Shown here: positions 18,412-27,949 of the stretch, piece by piece
Position numbering within the stretch: position 1 is the stretch's first letter
How the letters are laid out: each line of letters starts with the position of its first letter
Source: Candidatus Algichlamydia australiensis
GTDB lineage: Bacteria; Chlamydiota; Chlamydiia; Chlamydiales; JAJFMI01
Direction of reading: 5' to 3'
NCBI GenBank assembly: GCA_033977065.1
Contig: JAXCHI010000003.1
Span: 128,001-192,000, forward strand
DNA length: 64,000 nucleotides
Made by a program: the position numbers and the translations under genes
Notes under the pieces: model-generated
What the model was told of the DNA's origin: nothing
Database searches by the model: none
The model's input: only the letters and a program-made list of their open reading frames with translations

Positions 18412-19146
18412 CTAGTATTTAATGCCAATGATTGAAGCGTTTCTTCCTGTTTTTTTTTCATCTCGGCGAAACGAAAAACAGAGATCTGGGTTGTCGTAAG
18501 AACAGATGCGCGAAAAGTGCAGGTGCTTTTCTTGCAAACCTAACTCTAACAGCTGCCACTTTGCAACGGCCCATAAATCAAAGTAGTTGGGTTTCACTTG
18601 AAATTGCCAAAAACTCTCCGGAAGTTCGCTTCGGTAATTTACAAATTCTCCTCGATTTTGCCCCAAACTTGGAGAGATGGAAACGCGCAAATCTGTAGGA
18701 GAACTTCCAAAAACCTCTTTCATCCTACGCACTATTTTCGCATAAATGTTTTGACACTGCCCTCGCCAACCTGCATGAGCCACTCCCACCGCTCTTCTCA
18801 CTGGATCATAGAAAAGTGCAACCTGACAATCAGCCCATGTCATCATCAGAGCAATCCCAGGAATATCTGTAATCAAACCATCGCAGTTTCCTACAAACTC
18901 AGTCGAATCTTCCTTGACGTGTGCAATGGTTGCACCATGAACAACTCCTCCCGTGATCCATCTTGAAAATCCTAAAGCTTCCGCCGCACGCCTGCGATTT
19001 TTCAAAACATTTTCCTTATCATCACCCACGTTTAAAGAGAAGTTTCCCTCGCTACGAAAAAAGTGTCCATGAGGCACTTCCATCTCCCTAGAGTGCGTGA
19101 ATTTTTTATTTATCACTTTGAAACCTATTTCTAATTGCGGTACCAT
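18412..19146 (-). CDS. pgeF: YfiH/PgeF family (peptidoglycan editing / laccase-domain) protein
   Basis: DGLIT, ADCQVALF, AHAGWRG and FSFRR motifs; start uncertain (19146 or 19083). Confidence 0.88.
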   Translation of the reverse strand: MVPQLEIGFKVINKKFTHSREMEVPHGHFFRSEGNFSLNVGDDKENVLKNRRRAAEALGFSRWITGGVVHGATIAHVKEDSTEFVGNCDGLITDIPGIALMMTWADCQVALFYDPVRRAVGVAHAGWRGQCQNIYAKIVRRMKEVFGSSPTDLRVSISPSLGQNRGEFVNYRSELPESFWQFQVKPNYFDLWAVAKWQLLELGLQEKHLHFSRICSYDNPDLCFSFRRDEKKTGRNASIIGIKY

Positions 19147-19172
19147 TGATGCATCTTAAGCAAAAAACTAAC

Positions 19173-21173
19173 ATGGGACTATCAACTTATTCAAGCATTG
19201 CCACTCCGTTTCTCTCCATTAGAATGTACGAAAGAGAGAGAACAATCCGCGCCGGAGGAAACCGCTACCTCCCGCTCCTTATGCAAATTTTGCAACTATC
19301 TACGGTAATCAATTTTGTAAACGAATCCGATGTCTTAACCCCACTTTTTGGCAGAGCCGTCAAACTAAATTCTGGCTATTTCATAATGGCAGAGATTGCA
19401 TTCGGGGTTTTTCTCCATCTATCCCCCATTAATAAACAGCTTAAAACACCTACAATTGTACCGGAAAAAACGATCAAAGGGGTAGATTTAGAAAATAAAA
19501 AATTTGTTGTTGTTATTCCCTCTCATAAAAAAAATCCTACTCGTGTTTCCAATGCTCTCTCAAGAGCCATTACACCTCTTGCGAATCAATTCGATGAGAG
19601 CACACCTGTATCTCGGACTGCGCTTCGGATTTTTAACAACATCTCAAATTTTAGCATGATCGTTTTATTCGCTACATCTTTCGGTCTTATTGCAAAGGGA
19701 GAACGAAGAAAAGGCGCTACAATTCTCGGAATTTTTGCCGCAAAAGGCGCCATAGAAACCGCCAACTCATTAGATAGAATTGCAGAGGTGTTTCGAGATC
19801 ATAAGTTTACATCTACTGGGGATCGAATAAAAAGCTTTTCAGATGCAATTGCTATTCCCCTTTCTCGTATTCGTTACCACTTCAACTCAATCTCAAAGAG
19901 AATCAGCGTCGTAAGAGCATATACAACACTCTATACAGGAGACGAATTAGAGAAGTTTTTTTCTGTTTTAGATTTAGCAAATGATCACTTTGGAAATCTA
20001 GTCTATCGCATTTACAAGTGGAGCCAAGGTGAGAAAAAAGATGCATACGTCAAGCAAAAACTCTACTCACCTGTAGAAAACCTTAACCACTGCGAAGTCG
20101 ATGAAACACACATTCAACAGGCAATCATTCTCCCCCCAGAGCCTGATCTTAATCTTGAAAAATCTCTTATTGAGCTCTACGATAAGACAACTTTTTCAGA
20201 TCAAATCTGCTTGGATAACCAGGAAGATAAAAAATTAATGAAAAAAATCATGGAGGGTGTGGTTAAAAACACTCCTGAATCCATACGAGCCTATGCTAAA
20301 GATGGAATCCGTTTGTTTATTCGAGGAGTGATTTGGCAGAAACCTATCGCTGGAAAAATGCGTTCTCAAATGGACTATGACAGAGTCCGCATTATGACAA
20401 AATGCCTTGTAGAAAAATTCCAAAACTCTAAAGATCCAAAACAAAAACCCTACATAGATCGAGCACTCTTCACGTTAGGCCTTCTAGGCCACTACTGTTC
20501 AGCGGGGTATTTTCGAGTTCTTGAACCTCTCTATTCAAGTTTTGTTGAGTCTAAATCGACAGATAGAAAAACAAAAATTCTCAACCTTTTAAGAAACACA
20601 AGACACAATATCCTTGATGGTAATTTTCTACAAAAAACCAATCCCTTACAAGCCTCGGTAGAAGACCCTAACGATATTGATTACCGAAATCAAACCCTTC
20701 TTGAAGACTACTGGCTTGCAAACGAACCTCCCACCTTTGGAGCACAAGCTGAATATGGAAATAACCTTAGCTGGATAAGCGTTGGAGTGCGCTATTTACA
20801 GTTCAAACCGTTGGAGAATCGAAGGAAACTCTACACTCCCCAAACTATCTGTGAAGCAATTAATGAAGATTTAGCTAATGAGCGGATAGTAAAAAAAGAA
20901 GAAACCGAAGAGATTCAAAGAAGTCAAGTGCCCATGGACGACTACCTGGAGTGGTTTGTTATGTGGCTCATGATAAGAAAAAACTATAAAAATAGAGATG
21001 ATGCCGTCAAGTTTTTTAACGATAACATCAAAATTGAAGAAGAGATCGCGCCCAACAATGAGGGAGAAGATTGGCAATATCGATACACAATTAAAGAGAA
21101 TTATCTTCGATTGATGCTTGTCGAGTTGGGAATCTTAAAAGTCCCAGAAGACTCTCCTTATCTGAAAAAATAA
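19173..21173 (+). CDS. Hypothetical protein, paralogue of 22391..24340; candidate effector
   Basis: Long ORF; N-terminus MGLSTYSSIA aligns with MNLSAFSSIA of the paralogue; N-terminal hydrophobic segments; GHYC motif. Confidence 0.8.
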   Translation: MGLSTYSSIATPFLSIRMYERERTIRAGGNRYLPLLMQILQLSTVINFVNESDVLTPLFGRAVKLNSGYFIMAEIAFGVFLHLSPINKQLKTPTIVPEKTIKGVDLENKKFVVVIPSHKKNPTRVSNALSRAITPLANQFDESTPVSRTALRIFNNISNFSMIVLFATSFGLIAKGERRKGATILGIFAAKGAIETANSLDRIAEVFRDHKFTSTGDRIKSFSDAIAIPLSRIRYHFNSISKRISVVRAYTTLYTGDELEKFFSVLDLANDHFGNLVYRIYKWSQGEKKDAYVKQKLYSPVENLNHCEVDETHIQQAIILPPEPDLNLEKSLIELYDKTTFSDQICLDNQEDKKLMKKIMEGVVKNTPESIRAYAKDGIRLFIRGVIWQKPIAGKMRSQMDYDRVRIMTKCLVEKFQNSKDPKQKPYIDRALFTLGLLGHYCSAGYFRVLEPLYSSFVESKSTDRKTKILNLLRNTRHNILDGNFLQKTNPLQASVEDPNDIDYRNQTLLEDYWLANEPPTFGAQAEYGNNLSWISVGVRYLQFKPLENRRKLYTPQTICEAINEDLANERIVKKEETEEIQRSQVPMDDYLEWFVMWLMIRKNYKNRDDAVKFFNDNIKIEEEIAPNNEGEDWQYRYTIKENYLRLMLVELGILKVPEDSPYLKK

Positions 21174-21185
21174 TTTTTTGTTAGT

Positions 21186-21351
21186 CTAGATAGTGTCGTC
21201 AAAAGGCTATAATCAGATTATTTTTCATGTTTGCAGCTTATTTTTGTGCAGAAATTGAAGCTGAATTTGTAAATTCCGCTTCATTTGAGCACAAAAATGG
21301 AGCCCAAACGTAAAAACAGGGTGATCAAAAGGATTTAACGACACTGTTTAG
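21186..21351. repeat. Palindromic miniature element family C, copy 1
   Basis: First 124 bp match 35098..35221 with one mismatch; begins at CTAG; imperfect terminal inverted repeat. Confidence 0.9.
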
Positions 21352-21646
21352 AACATGCAAAGTTTTCTGCAAAACAAAAAAAACAGCCGCGCAAGCGACG
21401 TGAAAGGGACCCTACCCAAAACGAAGTGGAGGGTGGGGAATGAACGCGCGATGCGCTCGATGGCTTCAGATTGGCTTTGAAAAATTGCGGTGCAGGAGGA
21501 AGAAGTAGTGCTTTGCACGGTTTTCCGACGAAACGCAATTTGGCATGCCAAGATGAAGCTCAAAGGGCAGCGGGGATTTGCCCGACTGTCTCTATTGGCT
21601 GTTTTTTTTAAATTAAACACTAATATTTTCTGTTACAGAGTACTAG
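21349..21646 (+). repeat. Structured element family D, copy 1
   Basis: 298-bp near-identical direct repeat of 21756..22053; core closed by an AAAACAGCC / GGCTGTTTT stem. Confidence 0.92.
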
Positions 21647-21755
21647 TACTCTGTAACAGAAAATTTTGCTATTCTTTTTAACGTCAAAGCCTTCGCATAA
21701 AAATGGATCCCAAACGTGAAAAGTAAAGCGATTGTATGTGATTGAAAAAGCTGTC

Positions 21756-22053
21756 TAGACCTTGCAAAGTTTTCTGCAAAACAAAAAAAAACAGCCGCGC
21801 AAGCGACGTGAAAGGGGCCCCTCCCGAAACAAAGTGGAGGGTGGGGAATGAACGCGCGATGCGCTCGATGGCTTCAGATTGGCTTTGAAAAATTGCGGTG
21901 CAGGAGGAAGAAGTAGTGCTTTGCACGGTTTTCCGACGAAACGCAATTTGGCATGCCAAGATGAAGCTCAAAGGGCAGCGGGGATTTGCCCGACTGTCTC
22001 TATTGGCTGTTTTTTTAAATTAAACACTAAGATTTTCTGTTACAGAGTACTAG
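21756..22053 (+). repeat. Structured element family D, copy 2
   Basis: 298-bp near-identical direct repeat of 21349..21646. Confidence 0.92.
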
Positions 22054-22057
22054 GGAA

Positions 22058-22185
22058 GTGATTCAGGAACTTTTCCCCAACGAGAAGATTGGCTCTTATC
22101 TAGCAGGCTCCTTTGCACAAAAGGGCGACAGTGAAAAACAGCATTACTACCTTGTTACAGGCAAAGAGCGATAAACTCTTCTTTT
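22058..22185 (+). pseudogene. Truncated duplicate of the gabD 5' end
   Basis: Translates as (V)IQELFPNEKIGSYLAGSFAQKGDSEKQH..., matching 24361 onward; premature TAA at 22172-22174. Confidence 0.9.
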
Positions 22186-22267
22186 CATTTTAGAACCGCC
22201 GAAAAAATGCCCGTGAGGAGTTTTTATCAACCCTGTTCCTGTAAATTCAATTTTTGTATTTGCGATA

Positions 22268-22296
22268 TTGACCATCAATCATCCCTATGATAAAAT
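22268..22296 (+). promoter_or_regulatory. Sigma66-type promoter
   Basis: TTGACC-N17-TAAAAT with an extended -10 TG. Confidence 0.7.
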
Positions 22297-22390
22297 CTAC
22301 GCAAATTAAAATAAAAAACAAACAGGAAAAGCTGAATAATTGCCCTCCTTAAAACTTTTTCGAAAGGAGCAGTTATTCAGAGTTTATGAT

Positions 22391-24340
22391 ATGAATCTCT
22401 CAGCCTTTTCAAGCATTGCTGAACCCCTAACATTTGTAAATGATTGTCAGGAAGAAAACACTTACCGTACAGGCCGATCCTACTATCTTCCTCTGATTTT
22501 TCAAGGCATAATTGCTTACAACACGATCACCTATGTTAACAGCACGGACTCACTTAAACTTCTTTTTGGTAGAACTGTAGAAATCCAATTCCGCTATTTT
22601 CTTATTACGCAAATTGCTATTGCTACTCTTTTAAATCTACCCAGTTGGAATAACTTCCTCAAAGCTCCTCGTATCGGACCGAAGGAAATTTATCATAATG
22701 GGGTTCCTACGATTTATACAAATGTCACCGAGAAAAAAGATCCTGGACCAACCGCTAAAAAGATTTCAAAGGTGATTTCACCTCTATCTAGTCAAATGGA
22801 GGGAAGCACACGACTTTCCAAAACTGTTTTCTTTATCCACGATAACATTCCAAGGGCTGCAAGAGTTGCAATGATTGCGAGCTCTGTAGGTCTGATTGCA
22901 AACGGATATCGTGTGAAAGGGGCTTCAGCACTGAGTGTGTTTGCACTAGAAGAAATAATTCATTTTTTGTACTCACTCGAGGAAATTGCGCAAAAATGCG
23001 ATCAGTACGGCTTGAATGCATTTGCAGAGAGAACAAGGGGATTTTCAAAAAAAATTGCTCCCCTACTTTCACAGTTTCGATTTAGGTTTTACAACCTTGC
23101 AAATAACATTGAGACATTAAACAACTATTATAAGGTTTATTCTGGAACAGGAGAAGGAAGACTTATCTCTTTGATTATGTTACTTGATAGGCATTTAGGA
23201 AATACAATTTACCAAGTTTACAAGTACGCTCAAGGCGAGCAAGAAGAGACTAGAATAGAGCAAAAATTGCATTCTCCTATTGAGGATATTGACGAATATC
23301 ACTGTGAGATAAATGAAGCACATATTCGTCCAATCTACTTGCCAAATGAGCCCAATTTAGATCTAAAAGACTCTCTAAACTCTCTTTATAAAAGAAGCAC
23401 GTACTCAGATGAGTTCTGCAAAATAAAAGCAAATGAAGATGATGTTTTAAAAGTAAAAATCCGAAAAGGAGAAGTAGAAAACTCTCCTAAAGCGATCAGA
23501 GAATACCTAGGAAAAGGCTTTGAAAAATTTGTAAATGCTGCCGTTAACCATAAACTTCAAGCAGGTGAACTCCGCACGCAAAAAGATTATGACAACCTAC
23601 GTATAATGATAAAATGCTGTGTAGAAAAGTGGTTAGAAAGCTCAAAAGAAAATGTTCCCGTTGAAATTCAAGATGCCTTATTCAATATTGGTCTTGTCGG
23701 TCACTACTGTGTAGATGGTCTCTTTCGTGTTGTAGAGAGTTACTACGCTTCGTTCGTAGATTCCAAAGCAATAGGAATTGATGCGAAGCTCTCGCATCTT
23801 CTGCGCACAATGCGACGCAACGTTCTTGATGGAGTGCTGACGGAGAAAACTAAGCCTGCAGCACGAGCTCTGCTCAACCCAGATGATATTCACTTAAGAA
23901 ACGAAATAATCTCTGAATTTTACTGGCTCGCAGGAGAACCTCTGACTTTTGGAGCTCAAGCATTCAGTGGAAATAAGATTAGCTGGTTCAGTGCCATCTT
24001 CTATCACACCTTTTACCACCCACTGGAAAAAAGACGGCAGCGCTACACTCCAAAAACCATCTGTGAAGCGATCAATGAAGATCTTCATAACGGTCAAAAC
24101 GCTACCATTCCATTTGATGAATACACGAAATGGTTTGGAAGATGGCTGGCTGAAAAACATAAAATCTCACAAACAGAAGGAGAGAACCGCTTCTATTCTG
24201 AATTTGTAGTTGAAAAAGAACTTGGCGATCCAGAAAACCCTGACTATCGCTACTCCATCAAAGAGAGTGCTCTCCTAATGATGCTTGTCGAGTTGGGAAT
24301 CTTAAAAGTCCCAGAAGACTCTCCTTATCTGAAAAAATAA
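22391..24340 (+). CDS. Hypothetical protein, paralogue of 19173..21173; candidate effector
   Basis: Collinear similarity to the upstream paralogue (YLPL, QKL.SP, GHYC..G.FRV.E, YWLA.EP.TFGAQA, YTP.TICEAINEDL); identical last 19 aa. Confidence 0.82.
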   Translation: MNLSAFSSIAEPLTFVNDCQEENTYRTGRSYYLPLIFQGIIAYNTITYVNSTDSLKLLFGRTVEIQFRYFLITQIAIATLLNLPSWNNFLKAPRIGPKEIYHNGVPTIYTNVTEKKDPGPTAKKISKVISPLSSQMEGSTRLSKTVFFIHDNIPRAARVAMIASSVGLIANGYRVKGASALSVFALEEIIHFLYSLEEIAQKCDQYGLNAFAERTRGFSKKIAPLLSQFRFRFYNLANNIETLNNYYKVYSGTGEGRLISLIMLLDRHLGNTIYQVYKYAQGEQEETRIEQKLHSPIEDIDEYHCEINEAHIRPIYLPNEPNLDLKDSLNSLYKRSTYSDEFCKIKANEDDVLKVKIRKGEVENSPKAIREYLGKGFEKFVNAAVNHKLQAGELRTQKDYDNLRIMIKCCVEKWLESSKENVPVEIQDALFNIGLVGHYCVDGLFRVVESYYASFVDSKAIGIDAKLSHLLRTMRRNVLDGVLTEKTKPAARALLNPDDIHLRNEIISEFYWLAGEPLTFGAQAFSGNKISWFSAIFYHTFYHPLEKRRQRYTPKTICEAINEDLHNGQNATIPFDEYTKWFGRWLAEKHKISQTEGENRFYSEFVVEKELGDPENPDYRYSIKESALLMMLVELGILKVPEDSPYLKK

Positions 24341-24360
24341 TTTTTTGTTAGTCTAGGGAA

Positions 24361-25794
24361 ATGATTCAGGAACTTTTCCCTAATGAGAAGATCGGCTCTT
24401 ATCTAGCAGGCTCCTTTGCACAAAAGGGCGACATTGAAAAACAGCATAATTCCCTAGTTACGGGAAAAGAGTTAAAAACTCTTCTTTTTGTCTCCGACAA
24501 ACAAATTGATGAAGCGCTGCAAGCAGCAAAGCTCGGCCATGAGAAGATGCGCTCTAAAACTGCTTTTGAACGGGCTAACATATTGGAAGAAATTGCCACG
24601 CTCTTAGAGCAGTATCGCGATTCACTTGCAAATTTGATTACGCACGAGATGGGCAAACCAATTAAACAAGCCAAGGGTGAAGTAGATTATACGATTGGAT
24701 ATTTTCGCTTTTTTGCTCAAGAGGCAACGCGCATTTTTGGTTTAGAAATCCCCTCTTCCAATCCATGTAAAAAATTGCGTACGCGCTTTGAGCCAATTGG
24801 CCCTTGTGCTGTGATCACACCCTGGAACTTTCCTCTTGCGATGGCGGGACGCAAAATTGCCTCTGCGATTGCTGCTGGCTGCGCTGTTATTGCAAAACCC
24901 AGTTCAACATCCCCTCTTTCACTGCTAGCTCTTGGTACGCTCTCTGCTCACTCATCTTTGCCAAAAGAGGCCCTCTCCATCTTGATTGGCGACACAGAAA
25001 AGATTAGTCACGCTCTTACTTCTTCATCGATCATTCGAAAACTCTCTTTTACAGGAAGCTGCGAGGCAGGAGAGTCTCTATACAGAGCGTGCGCAAAAAC
25101 AATGAAGAAATTGACTTTAGAGCTGGGTGGTCACGCTCCTTTTCTTGTTTTTGCCGACTGTGATATTAAAAAAGCAGCTATTGAGGCGGTTCAAGCAAAG
25201 TTTCGCAATGGTGGGCAGACCTGCATTTGCGCCAACCGCTTTTTAATCGAGCGCAAAGTGTATGAGAGCTTTGCAGAGCAGTTCACAAAGCAAACAAAAA
25301 AACTCCATGTTGGTGACCCTCTTGATGAGAGAACCGATCTTTCCTTTCATCTGCATCCCACATCCGTAAAAAAAGTGCCTCTTCATATCGAAAACGCTCT
25401 TGGCCACGGCGCAAAGTCATTGATGAGAAGCGGCCACCCCTACGAACCTGAAATTCTTCTCGACGCCAAACCCGAAATGCAGATTTTCCAAGAGGAGACC
25501 TTTGGCCCCGTTGCACCACTAATGCCTTTTGATCGTGAAGAAGAGGCGATTCATTTAGCAAACGATACACCTTACGGTCTTGCGGCCTATCTTTTTACCA
25601 ATAATCTGCAACGTGCAGAGCGCATAAGCGCTGCCCTAAACTTTGGAATTATTGGTCTTAATGATGGAGCGCCCAGCACTCCAAATGCTCCTTTTGGAGG
25701 AGTCAAAGCCTCCGGCTTTGGTCGAGAAGGCGGTCCATCAGGAATTTATGAATATTTAATGGAAAAAACAATTAGTTATGGAAATCTTGATTAA
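24361..25794 (+). CDS. gabD: NAD(P)-dependent succinate-semialdehyde dehydrogenase (aldehyde dehydrogenase family)
   Basis: ITPWNFP, SFTGS, LELGGHAP, KFRNGGQTCICANR, EETFGP and PFGGVKASGFGREGG motifs. Confidence 0.9.
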   Translation: MIQELFPNEKIGSYLAGSFAQKGDIEKQHNSLVTGKELKTLLFVSDKQIDEALQAAKLGHEKMRSKTAFERANILEEIATLLEQYRDSLANLITHEMGKPIKQAKGEVDYTIGYFRFFAQEATRIFGLEIPSSNPCKKLRTRFEPIGPCAVITPWNFPLAMAGRKIASAIAAGCAVIAKPSSTSPLSLLALGTLSAHSSLPKEALSILIGDTEKISHALTSSSIIRKLSFTGSCEAGESLYRACAKTMKKLTLELGGHAPFLVFADCDIKKAAIEAVQAKFRNGGQTCICANRFLIERKVYESFAEQFTKQTKKLHVGDPLDERTDLSFHLHPTSVKKVPLHIENALGHGAKSLMRSGHPYEPEILLDAKPEMQIFQEETFGPVAPLMPFDREEEAIHLANDTPYGLAAYLFTNNLQRAERISAALNFGIIGLNDGAPSTPNAPFGGVKASGFGREGGPSGIYEYLMEKTISYGNLD

Positions 25795-26656
25795 TAATCC
25801 TCTGCAAAGCTTGACCTTTGCTCTTATGATTTTTGCCCTCCTTAGCCTCTGGATTCACAAGAATTCCTACCTCTGGGGGACACTCTTTGGTACCTCCTAT
25901 CTGCTTGGCTCTATCGCGGGAATTCTCCAGCTTAACTCTCTTTTTGCTATCGTTCTTCTTCTTGGATCGTATCTCTTTCTCACAACAGAAGATCCCAAAG
26001 GCTGGCTGCGCCTCATTCCTACATCCATCATCACTCTCATCTCCTTCGGTTTCATCTTCCATCGCATTCCTGGCTTTACGAATTGGCTCCTCCTTCGCGA
26101 AGTTCAAGTTAGTCCTAACTCCTACCCTCACACCATTTTTTGGAATTACGACAAAGCCCTCTTAGGACTCTTTCCCCTAGCATTTACAATTCCCCTACTC
26201 AAAACCAAAGCCTCCATTAAAAAAATTCTCCCAAAAACACTTTTACTATCGGCTATTTCTATCGTCGTTCTTCTAGGCTTAAGTCTCTTTTTTCGATTTA
26301 TCTCCTTTGATCCGAAGTGGCCTCCCTACTTTCTTTATTGGGTAGTGGCCAATTTCTTCTTCGTCTGTGTTACTGAAGAAGCCTTCTTTCGCGGCTTTTT
26401 ACAAAAAGAGATCACGGAAGCTCTTCCTCACCGTCACTCCGCTTGGTTTGCCATCTTCTTTGTTTCTCTTCTCTTTGCCTTAGCACATCTCCCTTTCTTG
26501 CAAGATTTTCGCTACCTCATTCTTGTTTTCGTTGCCAGCTTTCTCTACGGCACGACCTATCACCTAACAGAGGCGATCGAGAGCAGCATCTTTGCACACT
26601 TCCTCGTCAACCTGCTACATATTCTAATTTTTACTTACCCTACGATGAAGCCATAA
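25778..26656 (+). CDS. CPBP (CAAX/Abi) family intramembrane glutamic endopeptidase
   Basis: Multi-TM protein with EEAFFRG, FALAH and H...N motifs. Confidence 0.9.
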   Translation: MEILINNPLQSLTFALMIFALLSLWIHKNSYLWGTLFGTSYLLGSIAGILQLNSLFAIVLLLGSYLFLTTEDPKGWLRLIPTSIITLISFGFIFHRIPGFTNWLLLREVQVSPNSYPHTIFWNYDKALLGLFPLAFTIPLLKTKASIKKILPKTLLLSAISIVVLLGLSLFFRFISFDPKWPPYFLYWVVANFFFVCVTEEAFFRGFLQKEITEALPHRHSAWFAIFFVSLLFALAHLPFLQDFRYLILVFVASFLYGTTYHLTEAIESSIFAHFLVNLLHILIFTYPTMKP

Positions 26657-26664
26657 GCATCGAA

Positions 26665-26730
26665 AGTTATAGCAAGTTATACATAGTTATAGTAAGATTC
26701 TGCTATAACTGCTTATAACTTGCTATAACT
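26665..26730. repeat. Inverted array of 10-bp units
   Basis: Three AGTTATA units then three TATAACT units at 10-bp period; the outer 17 bp form a perfect inverted repeat. Confidence 0.88.
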
Positions 26731-26951
26731 CAACTCAGGCCATGGACGAAATCAAAAATCCTTTGCCCTTCTTACGGACATATCGCATTCACAGTACCAT
26801 TATTTGACCAGTTCATGATAAGAACTATGCAAGACTGGAACCAGAATGAAATAATCTAGTAACTCAAATTGCTACCCCCTTCCCCCTCTGGAGAAGCTGG
26901 GCAGCAACTTCTAATTTAATTTTTACTTACCTCATAACCAGGTAAAATAAG

Positions 26952-26980
26952 TTGTATTAAATTGGTCATTAATGTAAAAT
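26952..26980 (+). promoter_or_regulatory. Sigma66-type promoter
   Basis: TTGTAT-N17-TAAAAT upstream of 27007. Confidence 0.55.
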
Positions 26981-27006
26981 ATTCTTAATTAACGAGTGTT
27001 TTTGTA

Positions 27007-27537
27007 ATGAATAAAATAAGTACTGCACTTTCCTATGTTCCGTTTTGGGGATGGAATCCAGCTAAATCTGGAGCAAGACTTATTTTACCTGGACATATCA
27101 ACCGCTTAGATACTTGCGGAAGTACTCTTCTTAGCCCCGACTACCTGCCTCTCTATCTCGGAACTGCCGCGTTGATTCAAACTTTTGTTGCAATTCCTTT
27201 TCTTGTTGCTCACGATCAAATTGAAAAGTTGGATAAGGATGTTTCAAGGGAATTACAGAAAAGTACAAAGATTCTTATCCCTTCGCCTCTATCCACTGCT
27301 GGAAAATGTGTTGCTGCAACTTCATTTGGCGTTTATGTTCTTGCTCATGTGCTCTTCTACCCCGGAAAAGCTAGAGGAATAATTGCTTTCCTCTCTCGCT
27401 TTAGTTTGGCTTTGGGGTTAGAACTTGCTTCTGTGGGTAGTTCAAAAAAAGATAAGCTGATTGGGATTAGCTGCACATCGTCTCTCTTCGTTGCGTGCGA
27501 AATTTGGATGCGCGTTTTTAAGAAAGATCTTACTTAA
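27007..27537 (+). CDS. Hypothetical membrane protein
   Basis: 176 aa with about four hydrophobic segments; promoter-like sequence upstream. Confidence 0.65.
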   Translation: MNKISTALSYVPFWGWNPAKSGARLILPGHINRLDTCGSTLLSPDYLPLYLGTAALIQTFVAIPFLVAHDQIEKLDKDVSRELQKSTKILIPSPLSTAGKCVAATSFGVYVLAHVLFYPGKARGIIAFLSRFSLALGLELASVGSSKKDKLIGISCTSSLFVACEIWMRVFKKDLT

Positions 27538-27880
27538 TAATCGTGAGGCCTTTGTGTTTCTTTTTTCCCGCAGGCGGAGCTGTTGGTGCTGTCCCACGAC
27601 TCTCCGTTAAGACTTGTTCAATTGCTTCATCTGGTGTAAGGCCTGTACTCGAAAGCTCCATCGCTTTGGCACGCTGCTCATTTGTAAATTGTCCGCAAAA
27701 GATTTGTTGGTGAGTAGCACTAAGAAGAGAAGCAAAGGCCTTTTGGTTCTCTGGAAGATATTCACACGCTGCAGATGTTCCTGGGCCCGATGGCTGATCC
27801 CCTTTTTTCAAAGGACAATCTGCTAGCAATGCACTTACTAAACTGACTAGTAATAAAATATTTCTCATAAAACTTCTCAA
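27530..27880 (-). CDS. Hypothetical exported protein
   Basis: Signal-peptide-like N-terminus (MRNILLLVSLVSALLA); three Cys. Confidence 0.7.
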   Translation of the reverse strand: MRSFMRNILLLVSLVSALLADCPLKKGDQPSGPGTSAACEYLPENQKAFASLLSATHQQIFCGQFTNEQRAKAMELSSTGLTPDEAIEQVLTESRGTAPTAPPAGKKKHKGLTIIK

Positions 27881-27949
27881 TATCTTTCCCCTGATATAGC
27901 ATACAAATAGAGAGTGAACAATAGCTCTTTTTTGAAAAAATTTGGCCTT

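Larger units (their letters stand above)
21186..22053. mobile_element. Composite non-autonomous insertion (C + D + partial C + D) flanked by a CTAG duplication
   Basis: Flanks TTAGT-CTAG (21186) and CTAG-GGAA (22050) rejoin to give the empty site TTAGTCTAGGGAA at 24348..24360. Confidence 0.82.

Noticed and set aside
21335..22061. Duplicated small ORFs (MRFVGKPCKALL..., ...SFILACQIAFRRK...)
   Set aside because: By-products of the D repeat; the frames are not cleanly conserved in the diverged copy at 10169..10382.
21112..24356. Diversity-generating retroelement (TR/VR pair)
   Set aside because: The shared 78 bp are identical rather than adenine-variable, and no reverse transcriptase is present in the window.
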